Origin: an uncultured Dehalococcoidales bacterium
GTDB taxonomy: Bacteria; Chloroflexota; Dehalococcoidia; GIF9; AB-539-J10
Direction of reading: 5' to 3'
NCBI GenBank assembly: GCA_964578745.1
Contig: CAZODZ010000001.1
Coordinates: 17,676-81,675, forward strand
DNA length: 64,000 bases
Part shown: in pieces, positions 63,601 to 64,000 of the stretch
Position numbering within the stretch: position 1 is the first letter of the stretch
How the letters are laid out: each line of letters starts with the position of its first letter
Notes under the pieces: model-generated
Database searches by the model: none
The model's input: only the letters and a program-made list of their open reading frames with translations
What the model was told of the DNA's origin: nothing
Made by a program: the position numbers and the translations under genes

Positions 63601-64000
63601 CTAGGCTTTCTTCGCGGCCTCTTCCACTTTTGACTCGGGTATCAGCCCTTCGTCGATGGCGATCTGGGCTGCCCAGCGCGCGGCCCTGCCGCATACATCC
63701 GGGCAATGAGTGCTGTGCCCGCCTGCCTTGAGAAACTTCTCCATCTCGTCTGGGTCGGGAAGGTAGTATGGCCTGCCGAAGATCTTCATCTGGATTTCGC
63801 GGCAGATGACCGAGCCATACTCGTCGATGAATTTCCGGTGCAGCTGTCGTGCGTTGGCAAAAGCCTCGAATCGCACCCTCTCAGGGTCGGCGAAGTTGTC
63901 ACGCTCGCGCCCCTTGAGTAGGCCCAAGAACAGAATGCCGCCGACATACGCGCCACAGCTTCCGTCGCCCACAGTGGCACCACCGCCGGCGTAGCCGCTC
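63601..64000 (-). CDS. C_GCAxxG_C_C family protein (putative redox-active protein), 5' end beyond window
   Basis: CGAYVGG motif plus downstream Cys pair (HCPDVCG); the ORF runs off the right edge. Confidence 0.5.
   Translation of the reverse strand, partial: SGYAGGGATVGDGSCGAYVGGILFLGLLKGRERDNFADPERVRFEAFANARQLHRKFIDEYGSVICREIQMKIFGRPYYLPDPDEMEKFLKAGGHSTHCPDVCGRAARWAAQIAIDEGLIPESKVEEAAKKA

Noticed and set aside
1-64000. CRISPR arrays, IS elements, integrases or phage genes
   Set aside because: No direct-repeat/spacer periodicity and no transposase-, integrase- or recombinase-like translations were seen in any frame. The paralogous gene pairs are divergent, so they reflect old duplications rather than mobile repeats.

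Overview
This 64-kb window is high-GC (about 60%), densely coding DNA. It looks bacterial rather than archaeal. Sigma70-like -35/-10 promoters (TTGACA-N18-TATAGT near 11663; TTGACG-N17-TACGAT near 43314) and strong AAGGAGG Shine-Dalgarno sites precede many starts. The high GC creates many long antisense and alternative-frame ORFs in the six-frame track that are almost certainly not genes. From start to end the window contains: (1) MFS and EamA transporters, a TIGR04076-like small Cys protein translationally coupled to a DUF502 membrane protein, and a decayed Lon-like protease gene. (2) Housekeeping and small-molecule genes: HAD, LOG, ABC-F, NSS transporter, old-yellow-enzyme, DAG-kinase-like lipid kinase, alpha/beta hydrolase, folP-folK-queD-like, leuCDB, and nadK-GNAT-NUDIX. 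(3) Two tandem secreted proteins built from divergent Cys-containing PKD/Ig-like repeats. (4) A CoA-disulfide-reductase/rhodanese fusion, a NifU-like protein and a hydrogenase maturation protease next to a complete 14-gene Mbh/Mrp-type group-4 [NiFe] hydrogenase operon (35060..43080). Its gene order is exactly the mbhA-N order known from Thermococcales. (5) A 20-kb sugar-acid catabolic island with two paralogous TRAP dctPQM transporters, an enolase-superfamily dehydratase, a 4-hydroxybutyryl-CoA-dehydratase-like protein, SDRs, a PTE-family lactonase, glycerate 2-kinase, enolase, two UxaA-like dehydratase large subunits (one with a SAF small subunit), two tandem NAD-epimerase/dehydratase paralogs, and a short remnant of a third UxaA gene. 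No rRNA, tRNA, CRISPR array or transposase was recognised. Absolute coordinates of small hairpins may be off by 1-2 nt because they were indexed by hand. CDS coordinates are taken from the ORF track with codon-unit adjustments of the start.
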